From the NCBI GenBank assembly GCA_964016885.1, contig OZ024741.1, positions 279,868,001 to 279,932,000 of the forward strand: DNA of 64,000 nt. Direction: 5' to 3'. The DNA is from Eledone cirrhosa (taxonomy: Eukaryota). The notes below the pieces were generated by a model. The model was given only the letters and a program-made list of their open reading frames with translations, did not search any database and had not been told where the DNA came from. A program made the position numbers and the translations under genes. This document shows positions 13,643 to 27,876 of the stretch, piece by piece (positions within the stretch are counted from its first letter, which is position 1; every line of letters begins with the position of its first letter).

Positions 13643-15947
13643 AACTGGTCTAGAAGATAATGACTAAGATAAGCTAATTGTGTTTGAGAATGATTGAAAT
13701 AAACCTCTGTCTATGCTTAAATCTTGTTCTCTGCTCAGATATACTTTAGAAAACCATTTCCAGAATATACGTTTGTCTCGTCTCTCATCAGTTGCTAAGG
13801 TGGATACTTATGACCTTCATATATCCTCCTGCATGCCTTCCTATACATCACTTCACATGCCCTCCTATACATCACTTCACATGCCCACGCAGACAGTGAC
13901 ACAACCACACACACACACTCAATCAGAGAGAAGGGGATAGAGGAAGTGAGGGGAGGGAGAGAACTGAAACAAAAGAAAAATATAAGGGGGGAAAATGACA
14001 AATTTTTACAGACAAAATTACTTTTTACCTACAATCACATTTTGCTTTTCAGTCAATAAGTAATAATGCATTACATTTTGTCGAGAAGTAAGTATACTTG
14101 CATTAGATACGCTTTAAACTAAATAAAAAATAAAGATAGATTACATATGATCTAAGGAGCATATGTAACAAGGAAGAAAAAAATCTTGTGTATCATCCAA
14201 TTCCTGAGTAGGTGCTTCAGTACAAAAACAAAATGATCAAGGAGTAATTGATTAGCTTTTGATAGATTTCCGGTGAATTTTTCCACTAATTTGACTTGTT
14301 CTCTGGTAGACTTTCCCCGTGTATTTTTCTGTGCTGGTTGTAGGCCTAATAAACAAGTATCTATAATACTGTTTAGTATTGATTTCTGTCATCAAGTAAG
14401 CTGTTCTTACTTGGTAAGAATTTATATTCTGCTCTTACTCTGTAAGAATTTATATTGATCAATCTTTTAAGACCTACATGAATATTTTCAAGGAAATTTC
14501 TACACAAGATTAATGTACTTACTAACAAAATAGCACAACCAGAATAGAAAAAAAAAAAAAAAGATTGTACATTTAACATTTTGATAAAATTCTTACAAAT
14601 GCTGGGGGAAAATAAAAAAAATTGTTGCCATGTTGCCATTTCATTATTTCTTTGTTCTCTGAATAATTCTGATAGCAAATTGGACATAAATCTTTAACCA
14701 TAGAAAATTCAATTCAGAAACAGGAAAATAATTTTGACATCATTTTGAAAAAGTCCAAATTGATCACATTGAAAATTTCTTTTTAACATAGCCGAGAGTT
14801 ATTCTAATTACATGGGTAAAGGATGATAATGTAAACAGTTATACAAAATTTTAATCAGAAAATTTCATCACAAATATACAAAAATAGTAAAAATCATAAA
14901 TGAAAAAGAAAAGAGGAAAAGATCTGAGTATAACATTGTCAATTGGACATCAGAGAACAATTTAAAATGCACAGATAATAAGTTACTATTCAAAGTCTAA
15001 AATTATTTCCGTAAAAATTACTTCACTATTTAAACACACAGAAGAATATAAAAGAAAAAGAATGAATAAATGATTCTTTTGAAATATTTTGAGAAAATGG
15101 TAAAGAGAAGAAATGAATTGAAGCTAAATTAAAAACATGCTATCATACAATCAGTGGTAAGAGATAGTAATAAAAGATCAATGATTTTAATTAAAGTACC
15201 AATGATATTTTCTCAAGTTATTTTACCCATCAGCCAATTGGGTTAGTCAATAAAATATAGAGTTCGCCATTAGATAATATAGATATTTAATTTCAACTTT
15301 GAAGATTGTTCCGAATAAGAAATGTTACCAAGTATTGATTTCATATGCCAGGTGGTAATTACCATCATAAAAAGTAAATAACTCAATGTAATTTCCTCAA
15401 ATTCTGTGAGACTCGTATTAAAAAGTTTAAAAAATCAGTTGGAATGATTAAATTTTTGCAATTAATGAATATAAAGGACATAACTAAGACTGAGTAAAAT
15501 CGGAAATGAATACTTTTTAAGACTTTGCAGTAAGATCCTTATCATTTTCATACACATGTATAATAGTTGAATAGATTTGTTTTTTAACTGAAAATTTAAC
15601 TACTTACATGATGTAATCCAATTCCAAAACTAAGTGAAACATTACAAAAGCTAATATAAATATTTAGATGATAGTGTGAAGGATATTTTGATACCAAACC
15701 ACCTGAAATCACCCATGTTTCTATGGTACAAAACTATATCTTTAAGTGTTTATTTTTATCTAAAGACCTTTCACCTTAATTTTATGGAAGTAACTTTAAG
15801 TCATGTTCCAAACACCAGCTTAATAATGAGAAAGTGAGTTATGGAATTAAATCACTCTAAATTGTTGATTATTTGAAACCCATAGGTAGTGTTTTTCATT
15901 ATAAATATGTAATGAAAGGGACTTTTATTACATATTGTGTGTGTGTA

Positions 15948-17116
15948 TGAAGCATGGCCTAGAACCAAAAGGCCTTAAAATTAACTTGTCTAATACTAAA
16001 GTTCTAATATGTAGGAAGGAAAATAGGGCACTGGTCCCATCTGGGAAATGGCCATGCTCAGTGTGTAGAAGAGGAATAGGCAGAAACTCCATTTTATGTC
16101 CCAAATGCAAAGTATGGGTGCATAAAAGATGTAGTGGGATCACAGGTAAGCTAACTAAGAATATAGATTTTATATGTGGCCGGTGCTCTGGTGCAATAAG
16201 TAGCGGCAAGCGCCCACAATACTAGCTCATTCCATTGCACAGATGGTACTATAGAAATAGTAGACACCTTCCGTTACCTGGGTGACAAAATCAGCAGTGG
16301 TGGAGGGTGCTCTGAAAGTACAGTAGCTAGAGTCAGAACAGGATGGATAAAGTTCAGAGAGCTTATACCACTATTGGCCGCTAAAGGTTTCTCTCTAAAA
16401 ATGAAAGGCAGGCTGTATGATGCCTGCATACGAACAGCGATGTTACATGGCAGTGAGACATGGGCCTTGTGTGCAGAGGATCTACGCAGACTGGAGAGGA
16501 ATGAAGCTTGCATGCTCCGTTGGATGTGTAATAGTAATATACGCGAACGGCAAAGCATAAATGAACTAAGTGAGAAATTAGGAATAAGAGGGATCAGATG
16601 CTGTTTTCTCAAGAGAAGACTACGTTGGTATGATCACGTGATGCGCATGAAAGACGACAGCTGTATAAAAAAGTGCAGACCGATCAAAATAGACGGTAGC
16701 TACGGAGTAGGCAGACCCAGAAAAACCTGGGACGACTTGATAAATTCCGACCTCACACACTTACACCTCTCCAAAACAATGTCACTGGACCGAGATCTTT
16801 GGCGCTACTCAGTAATACAGAAGACCCGCCTTGCCTAAGTACAAAGCGAAACCTAGTCAGTAGGCACCTCTTAACCAAAATACACCCCCCGTCCCGCTAC
16901 ACCTACCCCCATCTACACCACTCCTTTCGATGTAAAGTTATGTTTGTACCACAACATCCAGTCCTAAATAAATGAGGTCATGTAGGTGTAGAAAACCCGC
17001 CAGACAGTCCTATGCGAGCGAGACAACCACTCTTGCTTCAAGTGGGACAATTCCCGTCCAGACCCATGCTAGTGTGGAAGATGGACGATGATGATGATGA
17101 TGATGATGATGATGAT
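15948..17116 (+). mobile_element. 5'-truncated RTE-clade LINE (family A)
   Basis: C-terminal RT region (GLKINLSNTK...FRYLG...RRLRWYDHVMRM...GRPRKTW) with a premature stop, then 3' UTR and (GAT)n tail; near-identical to the copies at 28436, 47574 and 49908. Confidence 0.95.
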
Positions 17117-18258
17117 ACACACACAAGCATAAAGAAAAATAGATATTATTGTATGAATATTAAATTTATTGAGAGAAATGAGTAACTGTAAGGCATGATT
17201 GCATCTTATATTCCTCTTACACATTAATGACTTACCTGCCATATAATTTGTTTTATGCTAACTATTAATTTATTGAAATGCAGCTTTCTTGATTTGTATG
17301 ATTGTTTATATATCCAGTAATCCTGGTATATATGGTTTATCAATCCTTCGGAAGCTAAATATATTCAATGTCATTGCTGTCATTGACAACACTGGACTAA
17401 TAGCATTTTATAAATAAGAATTGCTTTTCACCAACAAATCGACTCTATAACAACGAATTCACAGAAATTACACCAGTGAAAGAAAGATCAAAATTATAGT
17501 CAGCTGGCAAGCCATTATAGATATACAGGATGAGCGAAAAGTGACAAAGGAGTATCAATATTTAATAACTCCTTTATTCTATTTTGTTTTAAATAGTATA
17601 TATGGATATTATTAATTTCTAAGTTAGGGTGGTGGATTGGAAATATCAGTAGAGTGTTGGACATGCTTTGTGGCATATAGTTACGTCCCTTTGTGTTCTG
17701 AGTTCAAATCTTGTTGAGGTTAACTTTGCCTTTTATCCTTACAGGCTCGATAACCTACAATACTAGTAATGCATTTCAAACCCCTTCTTGACTTTTGCTC
17801 TCCTCCCCCATGACTTATGGCTCACTCTGTATATACTATGAGAATATATTAAAGTGTAATCTGAGGTTGATGAAGCTTGTCAAGTTGAAGAGTTTACCAT
17901 ATGTCTGATTTTAGTCTAAAACTGTAATACTTTTTTAATACTTAGTGGTACATAAAAAAATACTGAAGGCCTCCTAGATCAGAGACTTAATTCCCAGACA
18001 ACGGGGGTGAGTTTTTGTGACATTGAGCAAAACACATAATTTCTTGTTGCTCCAGTCCACTCAGCTGAAAATGAGTACCAGTGACAGCTGTGGGTTTAGC
18101 CCAGTGATGTACTGTCATATTGTCCAGGTGAGACTTGTACTTTTAATCACTTAATGCACATGAAATCAGGATAAAGCCCAGGTTTTGTGTAACCCATTCA
18201 AGCATAGAAAAGCAAACGTCTAAAATAATAACACCCTCTCTCTCTCCATATTTATATA

Positions 18259-18714
18259 TAAAATTAGAATTGGTGCTCTGAAATAGCGATATATATATAT
18301 ATATGAATATGTTGGATTCTTATAGAATTCCAGTAATAATCAGGAACCTATTATACAGAGCGGTCATCGGTCCAGCAGAAATTGAAAATTAGAATTGGTG
18401 CTCTGAAATAGCGATATATATATGAATGTATATATAGTGTATTTTGCAATACACTGTATGCTTAATTAAAAGCATTTTGAAGACCATATTCCTGATTATT
18501 ACTGGGATTCTATAAGAATCCAACACACATAATTTTCAGCAAACAGGAGGAGTAGTGAGCTTTGATAAGTACCAAAAAGTACGAAACAGAGCTCGGTCAG
18601 TTTATCTCCCCTGTTTGCTGAAAATTTAAATAAGTGACATTGTCACTATTTTAAAACAATAGCATTATGGTCTTCAAAATGCTTTTAATTAAGCATACAG
18701 TGTATTGCAAAATA
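18259..18714 (+). mobile_element. Rearranged Penelope-pLTR/retrozyme-like element(s) in a (TA)n tract
   Basis: Perfect 49-bp inverted repeat 18440-18488/18666-18714; second inverted repeat ~18310-18346/18489-18525; direct repeat aaattagaattggtgctctgaaatagcgatata at ~18260 and ~18386; contains an HHR. Confidence 0.6.
18531..18626 (+). ncRNA. Type I hammerhead ribozyme with U3:A8 core variant
   Basis: Stem I tgagct/agttta extended by ggag/ctcc and a perfect 17-bp helix; core TTGATAA (18562-68); stem II gtac-caaaaa-gtac; GAAA (18583-86); stem III c-agagctcg-g; GUC site (18596-98). Confidence 0.8.
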
Positions 18715-18775
18715 AGCGAGGAAGCTGGACGTTAAACGATGATGACACTATATATATACATTTATATATATATAT

Positions 18776-19113
18776 GGAGGCACATGGCTTAGTGGTTAGA
18801 GCATTGGGCTTGAAATCGAAAGGTTGTGAGTTCAATTCTCAAGCCGGGTGATGTGTTGTTTCCTTGAGCAAGACACTTTATTTCACATTGCTCCAGTTTA
18901 CTCAGCTGTAGAAATGAGATGATAGGGACTGGGGTCCCTATCATTCCACTGCAAAGTGGTCGTGGAGGTGCCACGGCAAAAAAGCACCCAGCACTCACTG
19001 TAAATGAGGTTGGTGTTAGGAAGAGCATGCAGCTGTAGAAATCAAGCCAGAATCAGTTCCCATCCCTCCCTTGCAATCAGAGAAAAGCGAACGTAAAATG
19101 ATGATGATGATGA
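18776..19113 (+). mobile_element. tRNA-derived SINE with RTE-type 3' tail
   Basis: A box tggcttagtgg, B box gagttcaattc, central domain ccttgagcaagacacttta...ctcagctg, RTE-like 3' part and (GAT)n tail; near-identical inverted copy at 27985-28375. Confidence 0.9.
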
Positions 19114-20487
19114 TATATATATATATATATATTATAATGTTTCCAAGGCCATGTTGTAGACAACATTTCCAGTGTCTTGTAGGCATCAATATAGAATTTA
19201 TTTTAAAAAGATAATTAAAGGTTATACATTGTACAAATAATATCAAATGCTAGCTGAAAGCTAAAGATGTCTACACTATTTTACTGAAATGTTGGGAGAC
19301 TTGAAACATCTGCATTTGTCCATAGGTGGTAGGCAAAATGCATGTATGAAGATGAGTGTCATAAAATCTTAAATGTCACCCAAATCCTATAGTTTCTATA
19401 TTGAAAGTCAGGAGGTTGTATGTATATGTCTTCAGTATTCTATCTAACATATAAAAGAGACTGGGAAGAAAAAGAAAATGATATCTTTGCAGAAAAGTAA
19501 ATATATTGTTATTCACTATGCTAGGAAATTAACAATAGATTGAAAATATAAAAAGAAACCAAAAAGTGTCTAGTTGTAAATCGAAGAAACAGCGATGAAG
19601 ACACTTAACTCTTATTGACCAAATTCATTAAGCTATAAATAGATAACATAGTGAGCTCACCAATTTTTTACAGCATAGCCTAATTAATGAGTTAATGAGC
19701 TCCCTTTTCAAGTTCAAATCTCTGAGCATGGGTCGTATTTCCTTCTCTGGATTCAGAGTTAGTAATGAAAAACTGTTCCAGTGTATATATATTCCTCAAG
19801 AGATGCTGAAATAACTTAAGATCCCCAGAGATTCCATTTCCCCTCATGTGACTTTCAGTAAATAAGAAAAAGAGAAGCAACAACAACAAAAAATAAAGAA
19901 TGAAAAATTAAATAAAATAAAAATTCTATATAGAAATTGATATGTCTGCAGTTGAAGATAGAATAGAAATGATCATGAATAAATATAAATATCTGAACGA
20001 ATGGACAGGAATAATTGGAAAGAAGTTGTCCTGAAGACAACTTCCAATCTACGAATGACTGTAAAATGATAGTGCTGGTACCACACAAAAATAACAAACC
20101 CCCAGTCCACCCTGTAAAGTGGGTGGCATTAGGTAAGAGCACACAGTCATAAAAATCATGCCAAAATGGAATGTATGAGGAAGACACAATCAGCTGACCT
20201 GTCTGTCTAGCCGCAGGGCATGACAATCCATCAAACCCATGCAAGCATGGAAAATAGACGTATGAGGAGGATGAGGATGATGATGATGATGGGAAACACA
20301 CTCATTGGGCACATTTGGCAAAAATATCAAGAACAAGCTATGTGTGGTACAGCATTTTTCTCTAAAACAACATCTGCTGGAATTGTATTAAGTAATTCTA
20401 GAACTTCTTCCACAATAGTGAAATTAGTACATATAAACTCATCTATTCTTTAAGCATCCACAGTAAAAATTATTTACTACCCCCCCC

Positions 20488-20518
<31 letters not shown>

Positions 20519-21483
20519 ATACATAGTGAGCTTATGTGGGTTGATAAGGGATCAACATCTAGTAAATCAAACTGAACTGAATTTCAATCATTTTCCTCTA
20601 TGGCACTAATACATGACGTAATACAGTTTATTTGTGAGAGCATGTGTGCATGTATACCCAAATACACACACAAACTCTTTCTATATATATCTGTGTGAGT
20701 GTGTATGGATGACGTTAAATGATGAGAGAGAGAACTTTTAAAAATCCATACATGGTTAGTTTCCAATTATGTTTTATGATAAACAACTGTTTCAAGTAAA
20801 TGCTACATCATTTTTATATATACTGCAATCCATTGAAAATAGCTATTGCATTTCCAATGCAATACAGAATTTATTTTGTAACAAACATCCTAACAAATAT
20901 GTGTTTTTCTTTTCAAAAGTTTTGAGTATTTACCAAACATTATAAGTATTTGTTTACATTTTTCCAAATGATACTTATCACAATAGAAACTTCTACTTAG
21001 AAAAAAGATTCTATTTGTATTAAAGATTTTTTAAATTATTATTAATTATTATAACATTTCTCTTATTAAACAAATTGTATAAACTTCTGATCAATATATT
21101 TTTAAAATAAAGTATTTAAAGAAATGTTTTGTAATTCCATTGTATCTGCTTCATTGAAAACAATAACAAACCACTGCTGCCATACAAATAACAATCGGCA
21201 GAATAGTGATTATGTATATAGTCTACAAGAGGTTTTGTTATTGCTAGTTTTCAAAACTAAACAATTTCATGTGATAGCAACAGATTAAAGTTGCTGTAAA
21301 TTTATGACAATTGTAAAAATTAAGGAGTCCTTTGATCAGGGGGTTCCCAGCCTGGGACAAATTTTATATTACATCAACAATTATAATGATTTCAAAGAGA
21401 CAACAGAACAGAAGTCATGAGGTCTTTGTGCAGATTATCTTAAAAGCAGCACTAAACTATCTCATATCATAGCAACAGATTAA

Positions 21484-21817
21484 CCCTTTCGTTACCGTAT
21501 TTATAATGAAATATGTATGGTCTCGTAACTCCTGGGGGAGTCGTAGGGGCAGTGTATTGATATAGGGTATTTCTGGTGCTTTTTAAACCTGGCAGAACCC
21601 ACTCCTCTCCAGGATAATGAAATAAACTCTTTCAATTAATTCAGAATTTTGACGGATTTACTCAAATTATTAATTAATTTGTTCCTAATATTATAACTTA
21701 ACATATAGTTCTTGTATAATATGTTGGAAGATATAAATTTATAGAGGAATATTTTGAAATGCGTTGTTTTCTTTCATAGAACCAGGGCTGGTTTTGGCCA
21801 GGTTAGTATCAAAAGGG
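21484..21817. mobile_element. piggyBac-type MITE with TTAA target duplication (related copies ~15685-15925, ~23430-23830, ~33540-33735, ~39963-40204)
   Basis: ttaa-CCCtttcgttac ... gtatcaaaaGGG-ttaa. A paralogous empty site with a single TTAA (gcaacaga-ttaa-agttgctgt) lies at 21277-21297. Confidence 0.85.
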
Positions 21818-24225
21818 TTAAAGTAGCTGTAGATTTAAGACAATAGCTAGAATTAAGAAGCCCTTTGATCAGGGGTTCCTAGCCTGAAATAAATTTGCTG
21901 ATTCTGGATTTGTACATAGTTTTCCAATTATAATTAAAAACAATCCAAAGTGAAGAAATTTGGAAGTATGCCTATTATGTTGATTAAAATACTACTGCTT
22001 TGATGCTAACAATCTGTATTTTACACTGCTTAATTACTGGTTACTGTGGTCCTAGTATTTGTATCTGTTCAGCATTGGTTTAAGAAAGTGAAATATGTTA
22101 AAAATTTGTTGATTTCTCCATTGTCAGTTGTTATACCAATTTATGGTACCAGTCTAGTACTGAAGTCGATTCTTCCTCTATATCTCTTTTTCACTTTCTC
22201 TCTCGCTATCAGTCCATCTCTGTGAGAAGTCTGCTATGTTCAGACCTGGGGATAGATTGGCTCCACCAGGCTTAAAATGGACAGATCATTGTGAAAATTT
22301 GTATTAGAGTAAATATGCACTCTTAGTTCTATTTAATACTTTTTCAAGAATGTCTTTGCTAATGTGATTTCATGTGGTACAGGATGTTAATTACTTAGCA
22401 AAACAGAGTGAGGGTAAATTTACTTTTAAAAAGTTATTATGAGATAAATGGGGCAAATACTTGAGAACCTTTGCCTTACAATATACACCAATAAAACTTT
22501 TTAGGATTTTATATTACGTCAATTATTATAATAATTTCAGAGACAACAAAATAGAAGTCATGAGATCCTTGTGCCGATTATCTCAAAAGCCATCTATAGG
22601 GATATAATCACAACAGAAAAATTTAATATCTATACCAGGAGGTATGTGTAACAATAAGAATATAGTTCAAACCAACTAGGGTGCCTGTGTGTGGTCTGCT
22701 CAATCTGCTATATCTCCTTGAAAGAGATGCACTCTGTTCACAGCCTGAACTAGAGTGAAACAACAACATATAGTTATTTGACTAAAGAGGATGTTAGTGG
22801 AGTCAACCTGCTGCAAGCTACTGATCATTTTTGTTGACTGGAGTATGATCTTAGCTAAAATGTCAGTAACATAGTTACTAAAGTAATAGATAAGAAAGAG
22901 TTAAGCAGGAGGATTGAAAGAAATGGAAAAATTACAGGAAATGATAGCTAGCTTTAAGACAAGTAGGAAACTAAACAACACCAGGCACATCTAGTCAGAA
23001 GAAAATCAGCTCATTAATATGTTTTGCACGGAGAGAGAGAAGTGCAGTGTTCTGAACTGTGAGTCAGTGTGTCCATATGAATCAAAATATGATTGGAGAG
23101 AAGTTTGTTCAAAATGACAAATGCACATTTGCTATCTGTAGAATCAACAGGGAAGTAAAGGAGGGGTGGGGTGAAGCAGTAGAAATAGTGAGCAAAGCAA
23201 CTGAAGACCTCTGCATAAAGTTCCCCGGGGATAGTTATTTAAGATGTCAAAGCAAGTCTTTCAATCAGGTGTTCAATAAGTCATTTCCTTTGTCTATTTC
23301 ATAGTAACTGACATAGCAACAAATTTGCCAACTGCTATAAACAATATAACCGAAGAAGGAAAATTATTAGAGCCCCAAGTGAAGAAAGTGAAAGGTAGAA
23401 GAATTTCTGATTGAAACCATTTCACTTTGTTAACCATTTCATTACCGTATTTCTAAGACACTGTCTATGTCTTTTAATTAATTTTGAAAATAATCAACTA
23501 TTTAGAGGAATTAAATAAAATAAACAAGTTTTTCATTAGTAAACTGATATTTAGAATATTATTTAACAAAAATGTCTTAAATAAAACTATGATTGAATGA
23601 TTTTCGCCCTTTTGATACCAACCTGCTCAAAACACCTCTGGTTCTTCTATGCAACAAAGTCACCCATTTTAAATAAAAATCTTCCAACATAATTTGACAT
23701 AAGAACCTTTTGTTTATGTACAAATACAGTCATAATAATGAAACACAATTTTAGTAAATCCCTGTAAATTCTTCATTAATATATTCAAATATGGTTTATT
23801 TCATGAGAAAGATGATCACAAAAAGGTTAATATAATAAATATAAATATTTTAAAATGAGCAGTTCAGTTTGTATCATTAATGCAAGGTGGTTTCAAGTGG
23901 TTTGGTATCAAAAGGATAACATTGCTAAAAATGACTAAAAGAATTTATTTTCGACCCTCTAAGTACCAGCTTCAGAATTTGCTGGGGTTAAATTTGCACT
24001 GCAACCCTCAAGAAGTTGATATAAAAGTACCAGGACAGGTTAGAATCAATTCAAACAACTCTGCAACAAATGTATGGATGTGTACTAATGTAAGAACTCA
24101 CAGTGGTTATCTTTATTCTATTTGATAGGAAAAACTGCAAGAAAGAATGTTAACTATACAGGGCTCTGTTTCTCTGAAGGAAATTATGAATAGATTCCAA
24201 TGAAAATACAAAAAACTGAGACATG

Positions 24226-24258
<33 letters not shown>

Positions 24259-25192
24259 AAGAGAAATAGAAAGAGAGAGAGAGAGAGAGAGTGTGTGTGT
24301 TTCATCACGCATCAAGAATCTTGCAAAAAAACCCCACAAAATCACAATGTATGTATGTATGTGTATATGTGTGAACATAACATTTCATATAACATTGAGC
24401 TAACACCCACACAGTTATTTTATTACAACCCCACCCCCACCTCCCATGTTGAGCATCATCCTGTTATATCTGAAATTAGATGAAGTGGTAGAATCTTTCA
24501 AGTTATCATCTCCAACAGAATATTAAATTCATCTGCCATGGAGCTTCTTTATAACAGTAGGAAATGTACTTTTAGGAGTGGCTTCAAGAACTATGGAGTT
24601 TATACTTTTACTATTATAGACTGCCTAGGCAATGATTCACAGGAACTAGCTTCCCTTATACATTTTATTTCCATGAAATTTTAATCTGTGCCAAAGGCAT
24701 TGTTTTTATCAGTTTTCAGCTGACTGCAACTTGACACTCTTGCTAGCTAGTCCTTATTTACTCCCTAATGCATTGGCAAAACACATAAGGACATCAGTCA
24801 CAGGGGAAAGAACTGTCTTTCTTTGTGTGTTGGACACCTGGTCTATAATAAATTATTTCAGACCCTATTATTTGTCTTCAACATTTCATTCTTCTAGGTC
24901 TTATAAACCAGCTTCATTGTAGCTCCTTTCTTTCTGAGTCTCCACCTCTCAACCCTAATACCTCTCCATCCCCACCACTACTATACTCAATCATTCTTTG
25001 TACCCAGCTCTCTTGCTATTGTTATTAATACTGATACAGTAATAAATCTATTCAATTTCAATTCATGTTAAATAGATGGTGCTAGCATAGTCATTCATCC
25101 ATGAATACACACATACACATACATTCCAATTATCTTAAACACAACAAAACCTATAACTGTTACAAAAAAGTTGTTAATTCAAATTTTACTTA

Positions 25193-25672
25193 CTGTATAT
25201 ACTGGAATATAAGCCAATCCAAATATAAACTGACCCCTTATTTTACATCAGAGAAATAGGCAAACATCCAAACTCCATTTATAAGCTGAGGCAGCTATTT
25301 AACAGTTTTGAAATTCTCATGAGTTGAGAATATATTTATGAAATTTTAATATTTTGATATTTAAAATGTTTTATGTGTCATTTAGAGTATAGTTTTTGTT
25401 TCACAACTTCAGTATGTAATGATTTTTTTTTACCAATTTCTGACCATTTTGAAGGTCATATTCATTCAAAACAAATTTAACCTCCAAAGTGAAACTGGTC
25501 TAATAATCTCCTCCAAAGCAAAAATATGTTAGCACATTATTTACATAGAATTTGAAGTTGGTGAAAATCAACAAAATATTGACCTCTTATATAATCGAAC
25601 CCCTCTACCTAATTCTACCACTGATTTTTTTTTTTGTCACATATTTCTTGGCTTATATACGAGTATATACAG
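25193..25672. mobile_element. pogo/Tigger-like MITE, 480 bp
   Basis: ~23-bp TIRs ctgtatatactggaatataagcc / ggcttatatacgagtatatacag; TA at the left flank. Confidence 0.7.
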
Positions 25673-26254
25673 TCAGCTGATTGAAAGTTAGATTTATACT
25701 CTTCACAGCACTAACATGTTGTGAATTACTAATTGTAATATGTACCAATGTAAAATAGTTAAATTTAATTGTCAAACATATTCCAGCAAAACATTAGCCC
25801 TCTGCCCACTGTCTTTTTTTTTTCTCCTTTATTAAAGTTTTACCCCACACATCATCATCATTTTCATGTCTATTTTTCCATGCTTGGAAGTTCTCTCCAG
25901 TAGTCACTCTCATTGTCTCTTTCCTTATATTCATCTAAAAAAAAATGTATCAATAGTTTTTAACGTCAAATTAACTTATATTCCAAACACCAGCTTAATA
26001 ATGAGAAAGTTAGTTATAGAACTAAATCCTTTGAAATTTTTGATAATTTCAAAATCATAGGCAGTGTCTTTCATTAGAAATATTGTAATGAAAGACTTAA
26101 GGCTAAATAAATGTAAGCAATGCTGTTTTTTGTTTTGTAATTGCTACTACTATTACGTTACTATTGACAACAATATGTTCTTAAGTAAAATTAAAAAAAT
26201 TAAAAAATCTATGAAGTACTTAGCTTCTTGTGATTCCTTTTATTGCCAATAATT

Positions 26255-26530
26255 TCAGGCTTTGCTGCACTTTGGGCCAAGGAGGGTAAACTCTCCAAAT
26301 ATCAGTCGTTCTCCGACAGGTTTGCGGTTGAGCCCGAAGCAGTGGAGACTTCTGATATCCTTGGCCCTAGGACCACTTCCCTACTCACCACCATCAGCAC
26401 GGAGTTGGCTACCCACAAGTGTGAGCCTCGCGAGCTGGAATGGCTCTTACAGCACGTCTCCCTCACCATCCTCCGGGAAAACGCCTTCTCTATTCTGTCC
26501 ACCGGGATCGCTGGGCGACCAGCACATGGG
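26255..26530 (+). mobile_element. 3' fragment of a CRE-clade non-LTR retrotransposon (RLE region)
   Basis: Peptide KLSKYQSFSDRFAVEPEAVETSDILGP...EPRELEWLLQHVSLTILRENAFSIL matches the CRE C-terminal pattern; GC-rich island in AT-rich DNA. Confidence 0.75.
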
Positions 26531-27276
26531 GTCCCATTTGCTTATAATAGTGAGAGATGGAGAGTGTGAGAGAGATGGGGGCAGTGAGTGAAAGAGAGAG
26601 AACATTAATGCACACACACACTTGATAAGACAACAATAGAAACAAACAGTGAACAAATTATATACTGAATTATTTGAAATTAAATGTGATATTTGATTTC
26701 TTGACATCATCAAGCTAATATTAAAACATCAGAGAAAGCTGAAAACCAAAGAAATGCCAAATACTTTTTTGTAGAAATGTTTCTCAAAAAGGACATGCTT
26801 AAAATAACTGATAAATAATACACTGAAGTATTCTTTCAATAATACTAGATCAAAGCGTCCCAAACTGTGCTCTACAGCTAAGGTTCTCAACAGTGACAAG
26901 AACAACTTCAACAGAAATAACAACAAAAAGAAGCAATGGTGATGAAAGGTGTGGGTGTATTCATACATATGAACATACACATATGCATACAAACATACAT
27001 ACATATACATATACACAGACACATATATACACACACAGGCCTGCATTAGTGCTTGATGAGGTTGAGAACCTGGTCAGCTTTCTGTGGTATTTAATCTCCC
27101 TAGGTAATAAAATCTGGAAACAGAATTTTCTCCTTATCAAAAAAAACAAAAAAAAAACAAATATAAATGCTTGTATATATACAAATGTATAAATGCATAG
27201 CTATATACATACGACCTTTCAGACCTTTATTAGCTGGCAGGAGGTTGTATATTTTGTCGTTCCTGGGACGTTTAGC

Positions 27277-27381
27277 CCTAGGAAGGGAAAATGCTTCTCT
27301 GATGAGCTTTGGTTTTCCATCATAAATCCATCGGATTTATGAGGTTTTACAAAGCGAAACTGATCAGTAAGGGCCACTAGG
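27277..27381 (+). ncRNA. Type I hammerhead ribozyme, copy 1
   Basis: ttct-CTGATGA(27299-305)-gctttg...caaagc (stem II capped by a tcataaatcc/ggatttatga hairpin)-GAAA-ctgatcaG-TA-aggg. Palindromic stem III CUGAUCAG, GUA site (cleavage after 27369), distal stem I cctag/ctagg. Confidence 0.88.
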
Positions 27382-27771
27382 AGAGGTAAATATTTATAAT
27401 ATATTTTTTAATGTATTTTGAAAAATTGATTGAATTTTACTTGTTCTGCTTATCTTAATATTAAAGTTCTGGTGTATCAAATTAACACCATTGAACAACC
27501 TTGAATCATAGACAACCTATGTATTTCTAGGGGTACCTAGTATCCCTGGACAGATTAACTTCTACCTTTTTCTCCGTCCGTTGAGAACAATCCTGTTGCT
27601 CTACTTGGCTGCTATTTTTTTTTTATTTTTTAGTAGTAATTGTAGACAGCAAGTCTTTGATTTTCCTGCTTTTACTTCGGTCCAGTTTACATACGGGTCA
27701 CTTTTACGACCTTTCAGACCTTTATTAGCTGGCAGGAGGTTGTATATTTTGTCGTTCCTGGGACGTTTAGC

Positions 27772-27876
27772 CCTAGGAAGGGAAAATGCTTCTCTGATGA
27801 GCTTTGGTTTTCCATCATAAACCCATCGGATTTATGAGGTTTTACAAAGCGAAACTGATCAGTAAGGGCCACTAGG
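27772..27876 (+). ncRNA. Type I hammerhead ribozyme, copy 2
   Basis: Same as copy 1 apart from one substitution in the distal stem II hairpin; CTGATGA 27794-800, GAAA 27851-54, GUA 27862-64. Confidence 0.88.

Noticed and set aside
13765-13795. Minus-strand CTGATGA...AAAC hammerhead candidate
   Set aside because: No stem II pairing and G12 is missing.
17230-17440. Strong minus-strand donor cag|gtaagt as a possible REEP upstream exon
   Set aside because: No REEP similarity, and the frame needed to join the phase-2 exon has a stop and no ATG.
18776-18855. tRNA gene (also at 28295-28375)
   Set aside because: A and B boxes are present, but the sequence continues into a SINE body and RTE tail and a full cloverleaf is not supported.
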